Position numbers and translations under genes: made by a program
Origin: Candidatus Heimdallarchaeota archaeon
GTDB taxonomy: Archaea; Asgardarchaeota; Heimdallarchaeia; Heimdallarchaeales; Heimdallarchaeaceae
Direction: 5' to 3'
DNA: 64,000 nucleotides
NCBI GenBank assembly: GCA_021399345.1
Contig: JAAFKI010000051.1
Location: 1-64,000, forward strand
The notes under the pieces: model-generated
Databases searched by the model: none
Seen by the model: only the letters and a program-made list of their open reading frames with translations
Told to the model about the DNA's origin: nothing
In this document: positions 38,424 to 48,532 of the stretch, piece by piece
How positions within the stretch are numbered: position 1 is the first letter of the stretch
How the letters are laid out: each line of letters starts with the position of its first letter

Positions 38424-39449
38424 CTATACTCTTATCGAGGTTTGTTTTCCGCAGCTTTTACAAGTTCCTCCATTTGAGAGTTGTTTGATTTTAACATTAT
38501 ACGATAACCTTTCAACCAAGGTTTTGCCGCAATTTAAGCAAAAAGTTGTATTTATTTCAGAGTAAGGAAGGTTTCCAGTAAAAACGAATTTAAGACCTTC
38601 TTCTTCTGCGATTCTTTTGGCTTCAATTACCGTATCAACTGGAGTTGGAGGTACATGTTGCATTTTGTAATGAGGATAAAATCGACTAAAGTGAACAGGT
38701 ACATTTTCATCCATTTCATTAATTACCCACCGTGAAAATTGTCTTATTTCATCAGAAGAATCATTGTAATCGGGTATAAGTAGCATGGTTAATTCAATAT
38801 GAATACCCTCTTTCCACATTCTGATAGCATTTTGTTTGACGTATTTCAGAGCAGGAAAAGTTGTTACTTCTTTATAAAAATCCTCATTGAAGGCTTTGAT
38901 ATCAAAATTAACTGCATCAATAATTGGTAACAATTCTTCAAGTGGTTTTTCATTAATCATTCCATTGGAAACAAGAACATTTCCTATATTATTTTCATGA
39001 GCTAGCTTTCCTGTGTCTCGTATCCATTCCAAGTTAATCAAAGGTTCATTGTAAGTATAAGCAATTGTGTCACATTTGTTTTTTCGTGTCATATCGATAG
39101 CATTCTGAGATGTAATTTGAATCAAATTATTGCTCTCAGCTGATATTTGGCTGATACTCCAATTCTGACAATGAGCACAATGAAGGTTGCATCCTGCTGT
39201 TCCAAAACTCATTGTTGAAGAACCTGGTTTGTAATGATAAATTGGTTTCTTCTCTATAGGATCAGCATGAACTGAAGTAAATCTATTGTATCCAAGTGCA
39301 TATAGCTTCCCATCAATATTTTTTCTCGCCTGACAGTTACCTAATTCTCCAGACTGAATTATACAGTTTCTTGGACATAACAAACACTGAACTTTCTTTC
39401 CATCTCTTTTCTCATAAAATTCTGCTTCAAACAATGCCAATTGAACCAC
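38424..39449 (-). CDS. amrS: AmmeMemoRadiSam system radical SAM enzyme
   Basis: CLLCPRNC, DPIEKKP, GCNLHCAHCQNW, YTYNEP, HFSRFYP. Confidence 0.9.
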   Translation of the reverse strand: MVQLALFEAEFYEKRDGKKVQCLLCPRNCIIQSGELGNCQARKNIDGKLYALGYNRFTSVHADPIEKKPIYHYKPGSSTMSFGTAGCNLHCAHCQNWSISQISAESNNLIQITSQNAIDMTRKNKCDTIAYTYNEPLINLEWIRDTGKLAHENNIGNVLVSNGMINEKPLEELLPIIDAVNFDIKAFNEDFYKEVTTFPALKYVKQNAIRMWKEGIHIELTMLLIPDYNDSSDEIRQFSRWVINEMDENVPVHFSRFYPHYKMQHVPPTPVDTVIEAKRIAEEEGLKFVFTGNLPYSEINTTFCLNCGKTLVERLSYNVKIKQLSNGGTCKSCGKQTSIRV

Positions 39450-39651
39450 TTAAACATTATTCGCCGATAAGCGAGTTAATTGAAGTAAGCTTAACTATAA
39501 ATCTGTCGATTAATGATTTACAGATTTGTACATCTCCAAATTTTATAGAATATTATTCTTAAAAAGAAGATGCTCGTTTTTTTTTACCGCTTGTTATTCA
39601 TTTCTGGGTGACTTATACCAAAAACTAAAAAAAGATGAGAATAAACTACTC

Positions 39652-40341
39652 ATGGTTACGGGTAATATGTCAAAGGATGAATCCGAGAGTAAAGATTTGA
39701 ATATCATAAAGTTGAGAAAAGGAGAAACTGTTGATATTAGCAAAGCTTTAGGGTCAAATAAACGTATATCAATTCTAAAATACTTATCTGTGGAAGAGCT
39801 CAACTTATCTGAAATTGCTAACAAAATTAACAGTACTCCTCAAGCTGTTTATCATCATTTACAGATTCTTGAGAAATCAAAATTAATCTATGTAGTCAGA
39901 GAAGAAAAAATTAAGAATATGGCTAAAACCATAAAGTATTATCGCGCAAGTTATCAACCTGATGCAATAAATCTTCTTCTTTGGGCTCCTCTTGAAGAAT
40001 TGGAACTCACAGAATTGGAATCAAGGGTTCCTTTACCTGAAAGACCTGTACAGAGAATTGTCAGAAAAATGGCAGATAAAGTTTTTACAGATTTGAATGA
40101 GTTTAAAATTGAAAGTCTAACATCAGTAATTAAGAATATGATAGATTTAACTCATGAATCTATGAACTCCCTCAAAACTGACTATGGATTAGACATGGAT
40201 GATAAACTCTGGAACTTAATTCTACTTTTTTCTAATCTTTCAGTTTTAAATGCGGTAAAAAAAATGACTGAAGATAAGAAACAGAGGAATAAAGTCAATA
40301 CCTTATTATCCCTGCTATTTGAGGAATTAGAAGAAATATGA
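39652..40341 (+). CDS. ArsR-family winged-helix transcription regulator with C-terminal helical domain
   Basis: KALG...RISIL, LSEIA, PQAVYHHLQILE, KYY; divergent from the amrS-tldD-tldE cluster. Confidence 0.85.
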   Translation: MVTGNMSKDESESKDLNIIKLRKGETVDISKALGSNKRISILKYLSVEELNLSEIANKINSTPQAVYHHLQILEKSKLIYVVREEKIKNMAKTIKYYRASYQPDAINLLLWAPLEELELTELESRVPLPERPVQRIVRKMADKVFTDLNEFKIESLTSVIKNMIDLTHESMNSLKTDYGLDMDDKLWNLILLFSNLSVLNAVKKMTEDKKQRNKVNTLLSLLFEELEEI

Positions 40342-40359
40342 GGTAAATAATAAGAAAAC

Positions 40360-42987
40360 TTACTTCTTACTTACCTTGTTGTTGTTGTTAGATGTTGATG
40401 AAGAGAAATCAAGAGTTTTCTGACTTGATGTTTGAATATCTTTAAGTTCCACTTTCACACCAATCCGCTTTACATCCCTTAAAGCTTCTTCTAGATAATG
40501 CTCTTTGTCGATTTTTTGAACGTCAACGAGAGTTGGATGTTGAGCTCGTTTGTATAGGGAAGAGTTTCCTTCAAGAATTATGAAGGGAAATCTTTCAAAA
40601 TCCTTCCATATTTCATCTAAATTTAGATCCATTTTCATAGAATAATCTTCGAGAGCACCGATTGCAGGGGTTTTTGATTTGTAATCTTTCGGATTCCTTC
40701 TGATGGGACCAAAAATGGTTGTTTTTTGGATAAGTTCTTCTCCAGAAATTTTCTTGAATGCAAGACATAACTCAATCACTTTTTTTCTAGCTTTTTCAAG
40801 ATTTCCATCTTCCAGAACACATTGTAATGCGGCTTTTTGAACTTCTTTTGCGAATGGTGAAGTATCACTACGGATTGCTTCAAAACCAATAATTGTAAGG
40901 TCACCAGTTACAACACTGATATAACTGTATCTCTTCTTCGTTTCAGGAGCAAAAACAATTCTTAAGGCTAAATCAACAAATTCTAATTCCATTTCTTTTG
41001 GAAGCTTGGACTCATAAAATTCCAACAATTCTTGAACTTCAGGAGCATCTGATAACTTAAAAGAATGCCCTTCCTTAATTCTTTCTGCTAAATTAAATAT
41101 TGTATCTGTGTCAGCAAGTTTCACAAAAATACTATCTGTATCTCCATAAATTACCTGACATTTATTATCAGATATTTCTTGTGTCCATTTATCCACTTTC
41201 TTAATATATTCCTTAGCAATACTTGTGATTGCATTAGAGATTTCAGTATCATAAAAGCGACTTCCTACGTAATTATGACTGCCATAAAGTGAGTTAGCTG
41301 TGACTTTCAATGCACTTGATTTAGTCTTTAATTTGCGGAGCTCTTTTTCTAAGCCTCTTTTCTTATCAGAATCTAAATAAGTTCGAAGATATGTTTCAAG
41401 ATCAGAGATTTCTTTCTTAATTTCCTTTCTCTCCTCCAAAAGACCCCTCATCATCACTCGTATCCCTGTATCAGGTTCGTTACGAAACTTTTTCTCAGGT
41501 AATGCCATGGACCCCTCATAGCTTTCACCTCCAATGTTGAATGCGACCATGATTGATGGAAACATTGATCTAAAATCAGCTATTAATACAGCGGAATGCA
41601 AAGTACCTTTCGGAACTAAAACAAACCCTCCAATTGCAATTGATCTTGTGCTCTTTCTGTAGGCTAATTCTTTTCTCGTTGGTTCAGGTGGTATTAATGT
41701 ATTTTTATGTTTCAAAATTCTAAAAAGTTGAAATTCTCCTATGTGCCTTGGAGTTGAGTATATACCCTCAGAAGGGCGAAGACCTACATATTTTATAACT
41801 TCAACCCATTCTAACATCCCCATTTCGAAAAACAGATGATAGATTATTTTTGTGTCTAAAGTGCATGAGTCAATAAGCTTTTTCTTGTAATTCTTTTGAT
41901 TCTTTAAGTAAACATTAGACCAATATTGATTAATTGTATCATAATCGGCTTCTCTTTCGATATTCAGAAGTTCTCTTGAGAATTCAGTTAAATTTTTCTT
42001 ACCAGATTTTGTTCTCAACCATCGAGTACTTTTAACAAGATCGTAGGAAATGTAACCTGGGATTCTATAACCTAAATATCCTACAGGCAGTTTAATTTTA
42101 GCATCTTGAAATGGTCCAAGTCTCTCAGAATCTAACCCAAGAATTTCCATGCGAGCAATAAGATAAGGCAAGGTTACTTGATTTCCATTAAAAGTAACAA
42201 TTATTTCTGGTGATATTGAATGTATTTCATTGATTAGATTATTAATAAGTTCTCTTTCACAATCATTTTCTTCTTTTTCAAGAAAGAAGTTTTTAGACTC
42301 TATATTTATTCCATCTTGACTCCAGCTTAGAGACGCAGTAATAATTCTTTGTTTGCTTTCTTCTTGAATACTGGAAAAATTCTGGATTTTTTTACCTTCT
42401 TTTGTCAAAGAGTTAATAACTATATTTAGACTAAGAATAGTGAATTGAAAAGATTCTTTTTTTTCCGAATTTTTAATATTATGAAAATCAGTTTCTAAAA
42501 CTCTTCCAAATTCATGAGATTCTTTCTCTTCATAATTAGATATTTCAATCCAATTGAGACTTTTGATATTTGTGTCTATAAGAAATCTTGAAACATAAGA
42601 AATATCCTTTTCATAGCTTTTAATCCCTTTTTCTTTTAATTTATTACTATATTTATGAATACGCCAAGGATTTCTACCAAGTATTTTGTAAAGAAAAGTT
42701 GGTTTATTCTGATAATATTTGTATTTAGTAATTTGGTAATGGTTCTGTATCCAATCACCAAATTCCTTTTCAGTATAAAGAAGACTCTGAATAGCATTTG
42801 TAGTCTCTGCAAGGTCATCAATATAGAAATATGGATAAAAACCAGTAACATGGATGATCAGAGTCTTATTATCTTTTGTCTTCCCTCTAATTCGAACAAT
42901 AGGTTCTTCAGTTTCATCCTCCTTTTCACGAATAAAAAAGTCTAAATCTACTAATAAGAATTCCAAAGGAGAGGGAGTGTCATTCAT
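40360..42987 (-). CDS. polB: Family B DNA polymerase with degenerate 3'-5' exonuclease motifs
   Basis: ADFRSMFPSI, KVTANSLYG, YGDTDSIF, KKRY, GFEAIRSD; Exo motifs altered. Confidence 0.93.
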   Translation of the reverse strand: MNDTPSPLEFLLVDLDFFIREKEDETEEPIVRIRGKTKDNKTLIIHVTGFYPYFYIDDLAETTNAIQSLLYTEKEFGDWIQNHYQITKYKYYQNKPTFLYKILGRNPWRIHKYSNKLKEKGIKSYEKDISYVSRFLIDTNIKSLNWIEISNYEEKESHEFGRVLETDFHNIKNSEKKESFQFTILSLNIVINSLTKEGKKIQNFSSIQEESKQRIITASLSWSQDGINIESKNFFLEKEENDCERELINNLINEIHSISPEIIVTFNGNQVTLPYLIARMEILGLDSERLGPFQDAKIKLPVGYLGYRIPGYISYDLVKSTRWLRTKSGKKNLTEFSRELLNIEREADYDTINQYWSNVYLKNQKNYKKKLIDSCTLDTKIIYHLFFEMGMLEWVEVIKYVGLRPSEGIYSTPRHIGEFQLFRILKHKNTLIPPEPTRKELAYRKSTRSIAIGGFVLVPKGTLHSAVLIADFRSMFPSIMVAFNIGGESYEGSMALPEKKFRNEPDTGIRVMMRGLLEERKEIKKEISDLETYLRTYLDSDKKRGLEKELRKLKTKSSALKVTANSLYGSHNYVGSRFYDTEISNAITSIAKEYIKKVDKWTQEISDNKCQVIYGDTDSIFVKLADTDTIFNLAERIKEGHSFKLSDAPEVQELLEFYESKLPKEMELEFVDLALRIVFAPETKKRYSYISVVTGDLTIIGFEAIRSDTSPFAKEVQKAALQCVLEDGNLEKARKKVIELCLAFKKISGEELIQKTTIFGPIRRNPKDYKSKTPAIGALEDYSMKMDLNLDEIWKDFERFPFIILEGNSSLYKRAQHPTLVDVQKIDKEHYLEEALRDVKRIGVKVELKDIQTSSQKTLDFSSSTSNNNNKVSKK

Positions 42988-43023
42988 CTCTCTAACACCT
43001 TTCACGTACTGTTGATGTACATT

Positions 43024-43068
43024 AATCCCTCCGTATTATTTAAACTCTTTTTAAATACTAGGGGGATT
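43024..43068. promoter_or_regulatory. Imperfect inverted repeat containing opposed TATA-like boxes upstream of polB
   Basis: AATCCCTC..TATTTAAA-CTCTT-TTTAAATA..GGGGGATT. Confidence 0.4.
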
Positions 43069-43167
43069 TATGAACAGTTAGAAAAAAAGTCAAGTTTTCA
43101 GTATTTAAATCACATTTGGATACGTTAAATTTTTAATCTATTAAGTCACATTTTATTATGTTGTTAT

Positions 43168-43545
43168 ATGTCCTCTAGAAGAACACCGCCAGATGTGTAT
43201 AAAAATAAGAAGAAATTGGAACTATCAGCTCAGACTAAAAGTGGAACAATTGAAGAGACAATTACCCTAACTAAACCATCTGAAGATGATGATCCTAGAC
43301 CCCATTATTGGTTTATACTGATGTTATCATTTGGTCAAAGATCAGGATATGTGTATGACCGTTCAGGATTACATATACCAGAACCAGATGCCTATGTTTA
43401 TAGTGTTGAACTATGGAAATTCAAGGGATCTGCACTTAAAGGGGTAGAAAATGTGTCAAATAGAGTAGACTTTGATTTAGCAGTTAAAACATTTCAGAGT
43501 TTACAAGAAGATTTAACTAAACAGGGTTTCAAATTGCTTAATTGA
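43168..43545 (+). CDS. Hypothetical protein
   Basis: 125-aa ORF with ATG start, divergent from polB. Confidence 0.65.
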   Translation: MSSRRTPPDVYKNKKKLELSAQTKSGTIEETITLTKPSEDDDPRPHYWFILMLSFGQRSGYVYDRSGLHIPEPDAYVYSVELWKFKGSALKGVENVSNRVDFDLAVKTFQSLQEDLTKQGFKLLN

Positions 43546-43550
43546 ATTAG

Positions 43551-44117
43551 TTATATCAGACTTACAACTAATGTAGCTATTATTGGAATAAAAGAGCTAA
43601 GAACTATTATGACTAGTTTCTTAGGCTGGTAGAAGGGTTTCTTTAAGTCTCCAAGCTTTGCTTCATCCTTTTGCATAATCTTTACATTCAAATATAGAAT
43701 TGCTGCAAAAAATATCAAAATAGAGAATGCTATACTCAGGATTTTCCATAAAGCGAGTGTTTTATCGAAATAAACGATACTAAAACCATATATTGGTAAA
43801 AATCCAATATAAAAAAACATAATTTGAAGAGCAATTTGTGCATAAATTGTTTTTGAGGGTTCAATTTTTGTTGTGAAAAGAGCTGTTTTTGCAGATAAAG
43901 ATACAGCTACATAGAGAAAAAATATCGATATGATTATCAATATTATTCCTAAAACCCCCAAACCTACATGTATTCTATGTTTTACAAAACTATTGCGAAT
44001 TAGTGCTTGTCCTCCTCCTAAAAGTGCAGCTAAAATTATCGCCCCAAAGGGATTGAGAGTTTTTGGTTTTTTGATAATAGGAGCCTTGGCTAGGAGGTCT
44101 TTTTCAGAAATTACCAC
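43551..44117 (-). CDS. Hypothetical membrane protein (~5 TM)
   Basis: Hydrophobic segments; abuts the NUDIX gene. Confidence 0.7.
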   Translation of the reverse strand: MVISEKDLLAKAPIIKKPKTLNPFGAIILAALLGGGQALIRNSFVKHRIHVGLGVLGIILIIISIFFLYVAVSLSAKTALFTTKIEPSKTIYAQIALQIMFFYIGFLPIYGFSIVYFDKTLALWKILSIAFSILIFFAAILYLNVKIMQKDEAKLGDLKKPFYQPKKLVIIVLSSFIPIIATLVVSLI

Positions 44118-44567
44118 TTAATTCCCCTCTGAAGGTTCTTTTGCAAGTTCGTTTTCGCGTAAATACCTTTCAGCTGCCCTTATAACTTTTCTTGTGTTTT
44201 CAAAAGTTAATGTTTTCAGAGCTTCTTCATAAGTACACCACAAGAATCCAATATGTTCCTTTGAGATTTTTACTTCAGTTGTTGATGATATCCCAATCAG
44301 ATAAATGACTGTTTTTTTGATTTTATGAGGACCTCTTGTGAAATAATAAGTAATTTTATGTTGAAACTCTTCCAAAACGGATATATCTTCTATTCCTGTC
44401 TCCTCAAATGCTTCTCTGAGAGCAGCTTGAATGACTGTTTCCTTGCCTTCTATCCTGCCTTTGGTCAACCCATACCTATTCTCTGTTATTCTACTTCGTC
44501 CATAGTTGAGCAGTAAATAGCGACCAGAATTATAAATTACAATACCAGCAGATGTTTCAAGTTGCAT
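44118..44567 (-). CDS. NUDIX hydrolase (Ap4A hydrolase-like)
   Basis: SAGIV, KGRIEGKETVIQAALREAFEETG Nudix box, SKEH. Confidence 0.92.
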   Translation of the reverse strand: MQLETSAGIVIYNSGRYLLLNYGRSRITENRYGLTKGRIEGKETVIQAALREAFEETGIEDISVLEEFQHKITYYFTRGPHKIKKTVIYLIGISSTTEVKISKEHIGFLWCTYEEALKTLTFENTRKVIRAAERYLRENELAKEPSEGN

Positions 44568-44673
44568 ACTATCATCGGCGTTTTTATTAAGATTTGACTT
44601 TTTGTTAATAAGCTTATTGTAATTGTCTAAAAGTAGGAGATAGTTTAATAACACTTAGAATGAATAAAAAATA

Positions 44674-45519
44674 ATGATTCACTTAGTAGCTTTCATTGAT
44701 ATTGAAGTAGGTCTAGGGAGAACAATCTATCAAGATAAAACTCTTCAAATTAGTGAATTCTTAATCTGGCCAATGATAAGTGCTCTCAATAATTTTGTTA
44801 GTGAGTGTACTGCTAGTGAAAGAGGACTAGTTAATGCAGCTTTAGAAGACATAAAGATATATCTTTATTCACCTTTGGGAGAATCAAACCCACTTAGAAT
44901 TGTTTTTTTCACAGATTTGTTTGATAATAACGAGTATTTGGAGAAAAAAGGACAAGCTATCTTCAGTGTTTTATCAAAATATATCTCATTTGAAACTTTT
45001 GATCCTCCAACTGAAATTATTGGAAGAGCAAGGGCAATAGCAAAGTACACCCAAAATTTCCCAACAGAAATTTTAGCTCCTCAATTCTTGGATGAATTAC
45101 GAAGAAAATTGATGAAACTTGAAGAATCCGAAAGCATTTATGTTGCCGATTTCTTCATTGGAGACATAGATCAAGGGAAAGTATTCACATTCTTAGAAAG
45201 TACTGAGTTACAAGAAAAAGATAGTGTTGTATTGTTTTCAGAATTATTAACTGCATTTTCAATAGACAGCGAAATATTCGTTAAATCGTCTCTATCAAGA
45301 AAGGAAAGGAACAGATTAGAAAACCTAGAAATAGATACAAGTGAGCTAATTGAAGGGTGGTTCTTGAGACAACTATCTGAACAAGAAAGTGATTTTTGGT
45401 TGGTAGGCTACTTCTATTACGATAAAAGAAAAGAGGAAGAAATTAAACAGTATCTAAATTGGGCAGCTGTTAAAATGAAAGAGGAATTAAGTGTACTTAA
45501 CCTTAAAAGGCCTTTTTGA
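44674..45519 (+). CDS. Hypothetical protein with possible N-terminal longin-like domain
   Basis: MIHLVAFID strand, LIWPMISALNNFVSEC helix, IVFFTDLFDN. Confidence 0.55.
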   Translation: MIHLVAFIDIEVGLGRTIYQDKTLQISEFLIWPMISALNNFVSECTASERGLVNAALEDIKIYLYSPLGESNPLRIVFFTDLFDNNEYLEKKGQAIFSVLSKYISFETFDPPTEIIGRARAIAKYTQNFPTEILAPQFLDELRRKLMKLEESESIYVADFFIGDIDQGKVFTFLESTELQEKDSVVLFSELLTAFSIDSEIFVKSSLSRKERNRLENLEIDTSELIEGWFLRQLSEQESDFWLVGYFYYDKRKEEEIKQYLNWAAVKMKEELSVLNLKRPF

Positions 45520-45524
45520 AATAA

Positions 45525-47030
45525 TTAATTTTTAACTGTTTTTTCTTCTTCCTCTTCCTTGACTGGAAACTTCCATGCCATTAGAAGGTTAAATGGAAAG
45601 AGGACCATGCTTATGATAAAAACAGCTAGAAAATTGACTCTTGAAATGATCAATCCAGCAAGAATAGATGTTGGAAACCAACCTAATTGATGAAGTCCTT
45701 GAACCATACCATAAGTCTCAGCTCTTCGCTTTCTATCAAAATTAGTTAAAATAGACATTATCCCTGGCATCCAGAATGCAACACTTGCACCCATTCCAAC
45801 CCAGCCAATCATGATTATATACAATCTATATTGTGGAAGAGTGAAATACGCTATAATATTAGAAGTGAAGAATAAACTTCCTGTAAGTTGACTCAGCAGT
45901 AGAAGTTCTGATTTTTTTAATTTATCCGATATTTTAGTAACTGGGATAAAAATTAATAATGTACTAACACTGAAAGCAAGTTGAAGAACAGCTATATTAC
46001 CTTCATTAAAATCATATTGAGTAACCAAACTTCCCCAGAAGATGCTAATGCTTAACCCCCATGTTAATGCATCTAAGATGAAAAATCCAATTGCATAAGG
46101 AACTCCTGGATTACGAAATATATCTCTGAATAGAGTTAGGTTTGTTTCAACTTCATTATAGTAATCACTTCTTACAGATTGTTTGTTTCTTCTCTTTATG
46201 AGATAATAGGGAATGGAGAGATAAAGAAATATTGATTTGAACATTTGTAGGAACATTTGATAAACTGCTATCAACGATTGCAAGAGCTGTTTGGATATGC
46301 TTGAAGTATAATCTTTTATTATGTGGGGTTCTTTCAAAGCGAACAGCTGATAGAGAAACATAATCAATCGTAGAACCGCTAGAACATAGAAATATACCCA
46401 TATTTCAATTCTATCTGTTAAAACACGAATAACTAAAGGTCCTATTAAACCAGTTGCGTAAAATGCTAAATTGATAATGCTGAACGATGATGCTGTTTTC
46501 TTTTTTTCTGCACTTTCAGCTACTAAAGCACTCACTGCCGGATCACCAAAGCCAAAAGCAATAGATACACAGGATAAACCCAAAAATGCTACAGCAAGTG
46601 CGTAAGTTATAGGAAAGCCAGTTGTTGCAATTTCAGAAAAACTAGCTATTTTCAGAGGAAAGCTTGCTCCAAAGGAATAATAGGAAAATGGATATTTTAT
46701 GGAAAGAAGCCCTGAAGTACCAAATAATAACATTGAGATAGGAAGAAAGATAAAACTTCCAAGAACTACTCTTTTTCTACCTATCTTGTCACTTATTTTT
46801 GATGCAAAAACCATCGGTATAATTTGGATAAGAGCTGCTAAAGTCATGATCAAACCAAGAGTTTCTTCAGGATTAACATTTCTTCCAGTTGACTCAATCA
46901 TTTTAACAATAAAAGGTTGTAAAATTACATTATAGAAACCATGAATCAATCCTGAAATAAGATTAGCTACCACTAGAACGCGTATATTTACTCTTCTAGA
47001 TGGATGCAAATTTACCTCATGGATTACCAT
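45525..47030 (-). CDS. MFS transporter
   Basis: KISDKIGRKRV motif A; ~12 TM. Confidence 0.9.
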   Translation of the reverse strand: MVIHEVNLHPSRRVNIRVLVVANLISGLIHGFYNVILQPFIVKMIESTGRNVNPEETLGLIMTLAALIQIIPMVFASKISDKIGRKRVVLGSFIFLPISMLLFGTSGLLSIKYPFSYYSFGASFPLKIASFSEIATTGFPITYALAVAFLGLSCVSIAFGFGDPAVSALVAESAEKKKTASSFSIINLAFYATGLIGPLVIRVLTDRIEIWVYFYVLAVLRLIMFLYQLFALKEPHIIKDYTSSISKQLLQSLIAVYQMFLQMFKSIFLYLSIPYYLIKRRNKQSVRSDYYNEVETNLTLFRDIFRNPGVPYAIGFFILDALTWGLSISIFWGSLVTQYDFNEGNIAVLQLAFSVSTLLIFIPVTKISDKLKKSELLLLSQLTGSLFFTSNIIAYFTLPQYRLYIIMIGWVGMGASVAFWMPGIMSILTNFDRKRRAETYGMVQGLHQLGWFPTSILAGLIISRVNFLAVFIISMVLFPFNLLMAWKFPVKEEEEEKTVKN

Positions 47031-47127
47031 GAAGTTTGAATAATAAAGATAGTTAAAAAGTAATTGCTGAATATCATATTTTTGTCCAAAGGATAGATTT
47101 TATATACACTTTATAGGTGGGAAGCTT

Positions 47128-48510
47128 ATGACAGATTATTTGGATACTCCTATATCGTGGGGTTCAGAAATCATTAATGGATTTGTACCAAGTCAATATG
47201 AAGATCAAACTAAGTTTTTACATCCACCAGAATTTTCCAAAACCCCAATGTTTGAAGGAACAGTTAAGGAAGCTTTACTGAGAAAATTATCCAATCCATT
47301 GGGATATGACCTCTCATTTGATAAGCTTATTGAACAGAAATATCAAAAAGGTAAACCTATTGTTTTTGTAGTTGATGATTACACAAGACCGAATAATCAT
47401 ACTAAAATAATTTTACCTATAATGATTGAAAAAGTCCTTTCTCTAAACGTTTTGAAAGAGGATATCAGAATTCTAATAGCTACAGGCACACACAGACTTC
47501 CAAAGGAGTCGGAATTTACAAAGATACTTGGAGAGCAAATCTCTGAAGAATATAGATCACAAATAGTTTCACATGATTGTGATATTGAAGGCGTCTATGT
47601 TGGAGAAAGTGATGCTGGAACTCCCATGGAATTTGATAAATTAGCCTTTGAGGCATCAATATTGGTTCCAATAACTGATAGTGAATTACACTATTTCGCT
47701 GGTGTAGCGGGAACTATTAAAGAAATATGTCCTGGAATTGCTACTAGAAACACTGTAAGGCAAAACCATCCTAAAATGTTTGACAGAAAACTAGGTTTCC
47801 ATCCTGGTTGTAAACTAGGAGGAACAGAAGAAAACCCAGTAATTACTGATATTAAAAATATGGTTAATATTATTAAAACAAAAGTAACAATTTTCGGTAT
47901 TGATACAATAGTTACAGAAGGAAAAATAGTTTACATTAGTACTGGAGATTTAGTAGAATTACATGATGAAGCAAAACAACATATTGTTAAGATGAGAACT
48001 CTACGATTACCAAAAGCTGCTGGAATTGTTGTTAGTGGAATGCAAAGCTGGGGGATTAATCTCTATCAAGCTGGTAAAGGAATCCACGCTGCTTGGAATG
48101 CGGTTAAGCACGATGGCAAGGGAGAAATTCTAGCGGTTGCACCTCTTCCCGACGGTATAGGCAATGCCAATTATGAACAAGTAATGAAAGAAACAGGTGA
48201 TATGCCACTCCAAGAAGCTCTTGAATATATCTTAGATAATTACTGTACAACTGAGACATTCAAAATAGGGAACCAAAAACCGGTAGATACCATGAGAATT
48301 GTAAAGATGATTGGAGAAGGAAATCTGAAAATGATCTCAGATTGGGATGCCGAACAATTAAGAAAGTACTATCGAGTTGATCCTATAAAAAATCCGGAAG
48401 AATCTCCTGTAGATACGCTAAGAAGAGCAATTTCAAAATATATGTCTAAAAATCCAGATGAACTAATTTACATAATGGATGATCCTGGATTATATGTTAT
48501 TATTGAGTAG
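47128..48510 (+). CDS. larA: Lactate racemase LarA family (nickel-pincer) enzyme
   Basis: DYTRP, IATGTHR, HDC, HYFAG...K..CPG, NH, NLYQAGK. Confidence 0.85.
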   Translation: MTDYLDTPISWGSEIINGFVPSQYEDQTKFLHPPEFSKTPMFEGTVKEALLRKLSNPLGYDLSFDKLIEQKYQKGKPIVFVVDDYTRPNNHTKIILPIMIEKVLSLNVLKEDIRILIATGTHRLPKESEFTKILGEQISEEYRSQIVSHDCDIEGVYVGESDAGTPMEFDKLAFEASILVPITDSELHYFAGVAGTIKEICPGIATRNTVRQNHPKMFDRKLGFHPGCKLGGTEENPVITDIKNMVNIIKTKVTIFGIDTIVTEGKIVYISTGDLVELHDEAKQHIVKMRTLRLPKAAGIVVSGMQSWGINLYQAGKGIHAAWNAVKHDGKGEILAVAPLPDGIGNANYEQVMKETGDMPLQEALEYILDNYCTTETFKIGNQKPVDTMRIVKMIGEGNLKMISDWDAEQLRKYYRVDPIKNPEESPVDTLRRAISKYMSKNPDELIYIMDDPGLYVIIE

Positions 48511-48532
48511 GATCATTTTTCTTTTATTCTTT

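Noticed and set aside
47128-48510. larA without larB/C/E as a novel cofactor-independent enzyme
   Set aside because: Cofactor genes are often unlinked and cannot be judged from one window; the cofactor-binding Lys and His motifs are retained.
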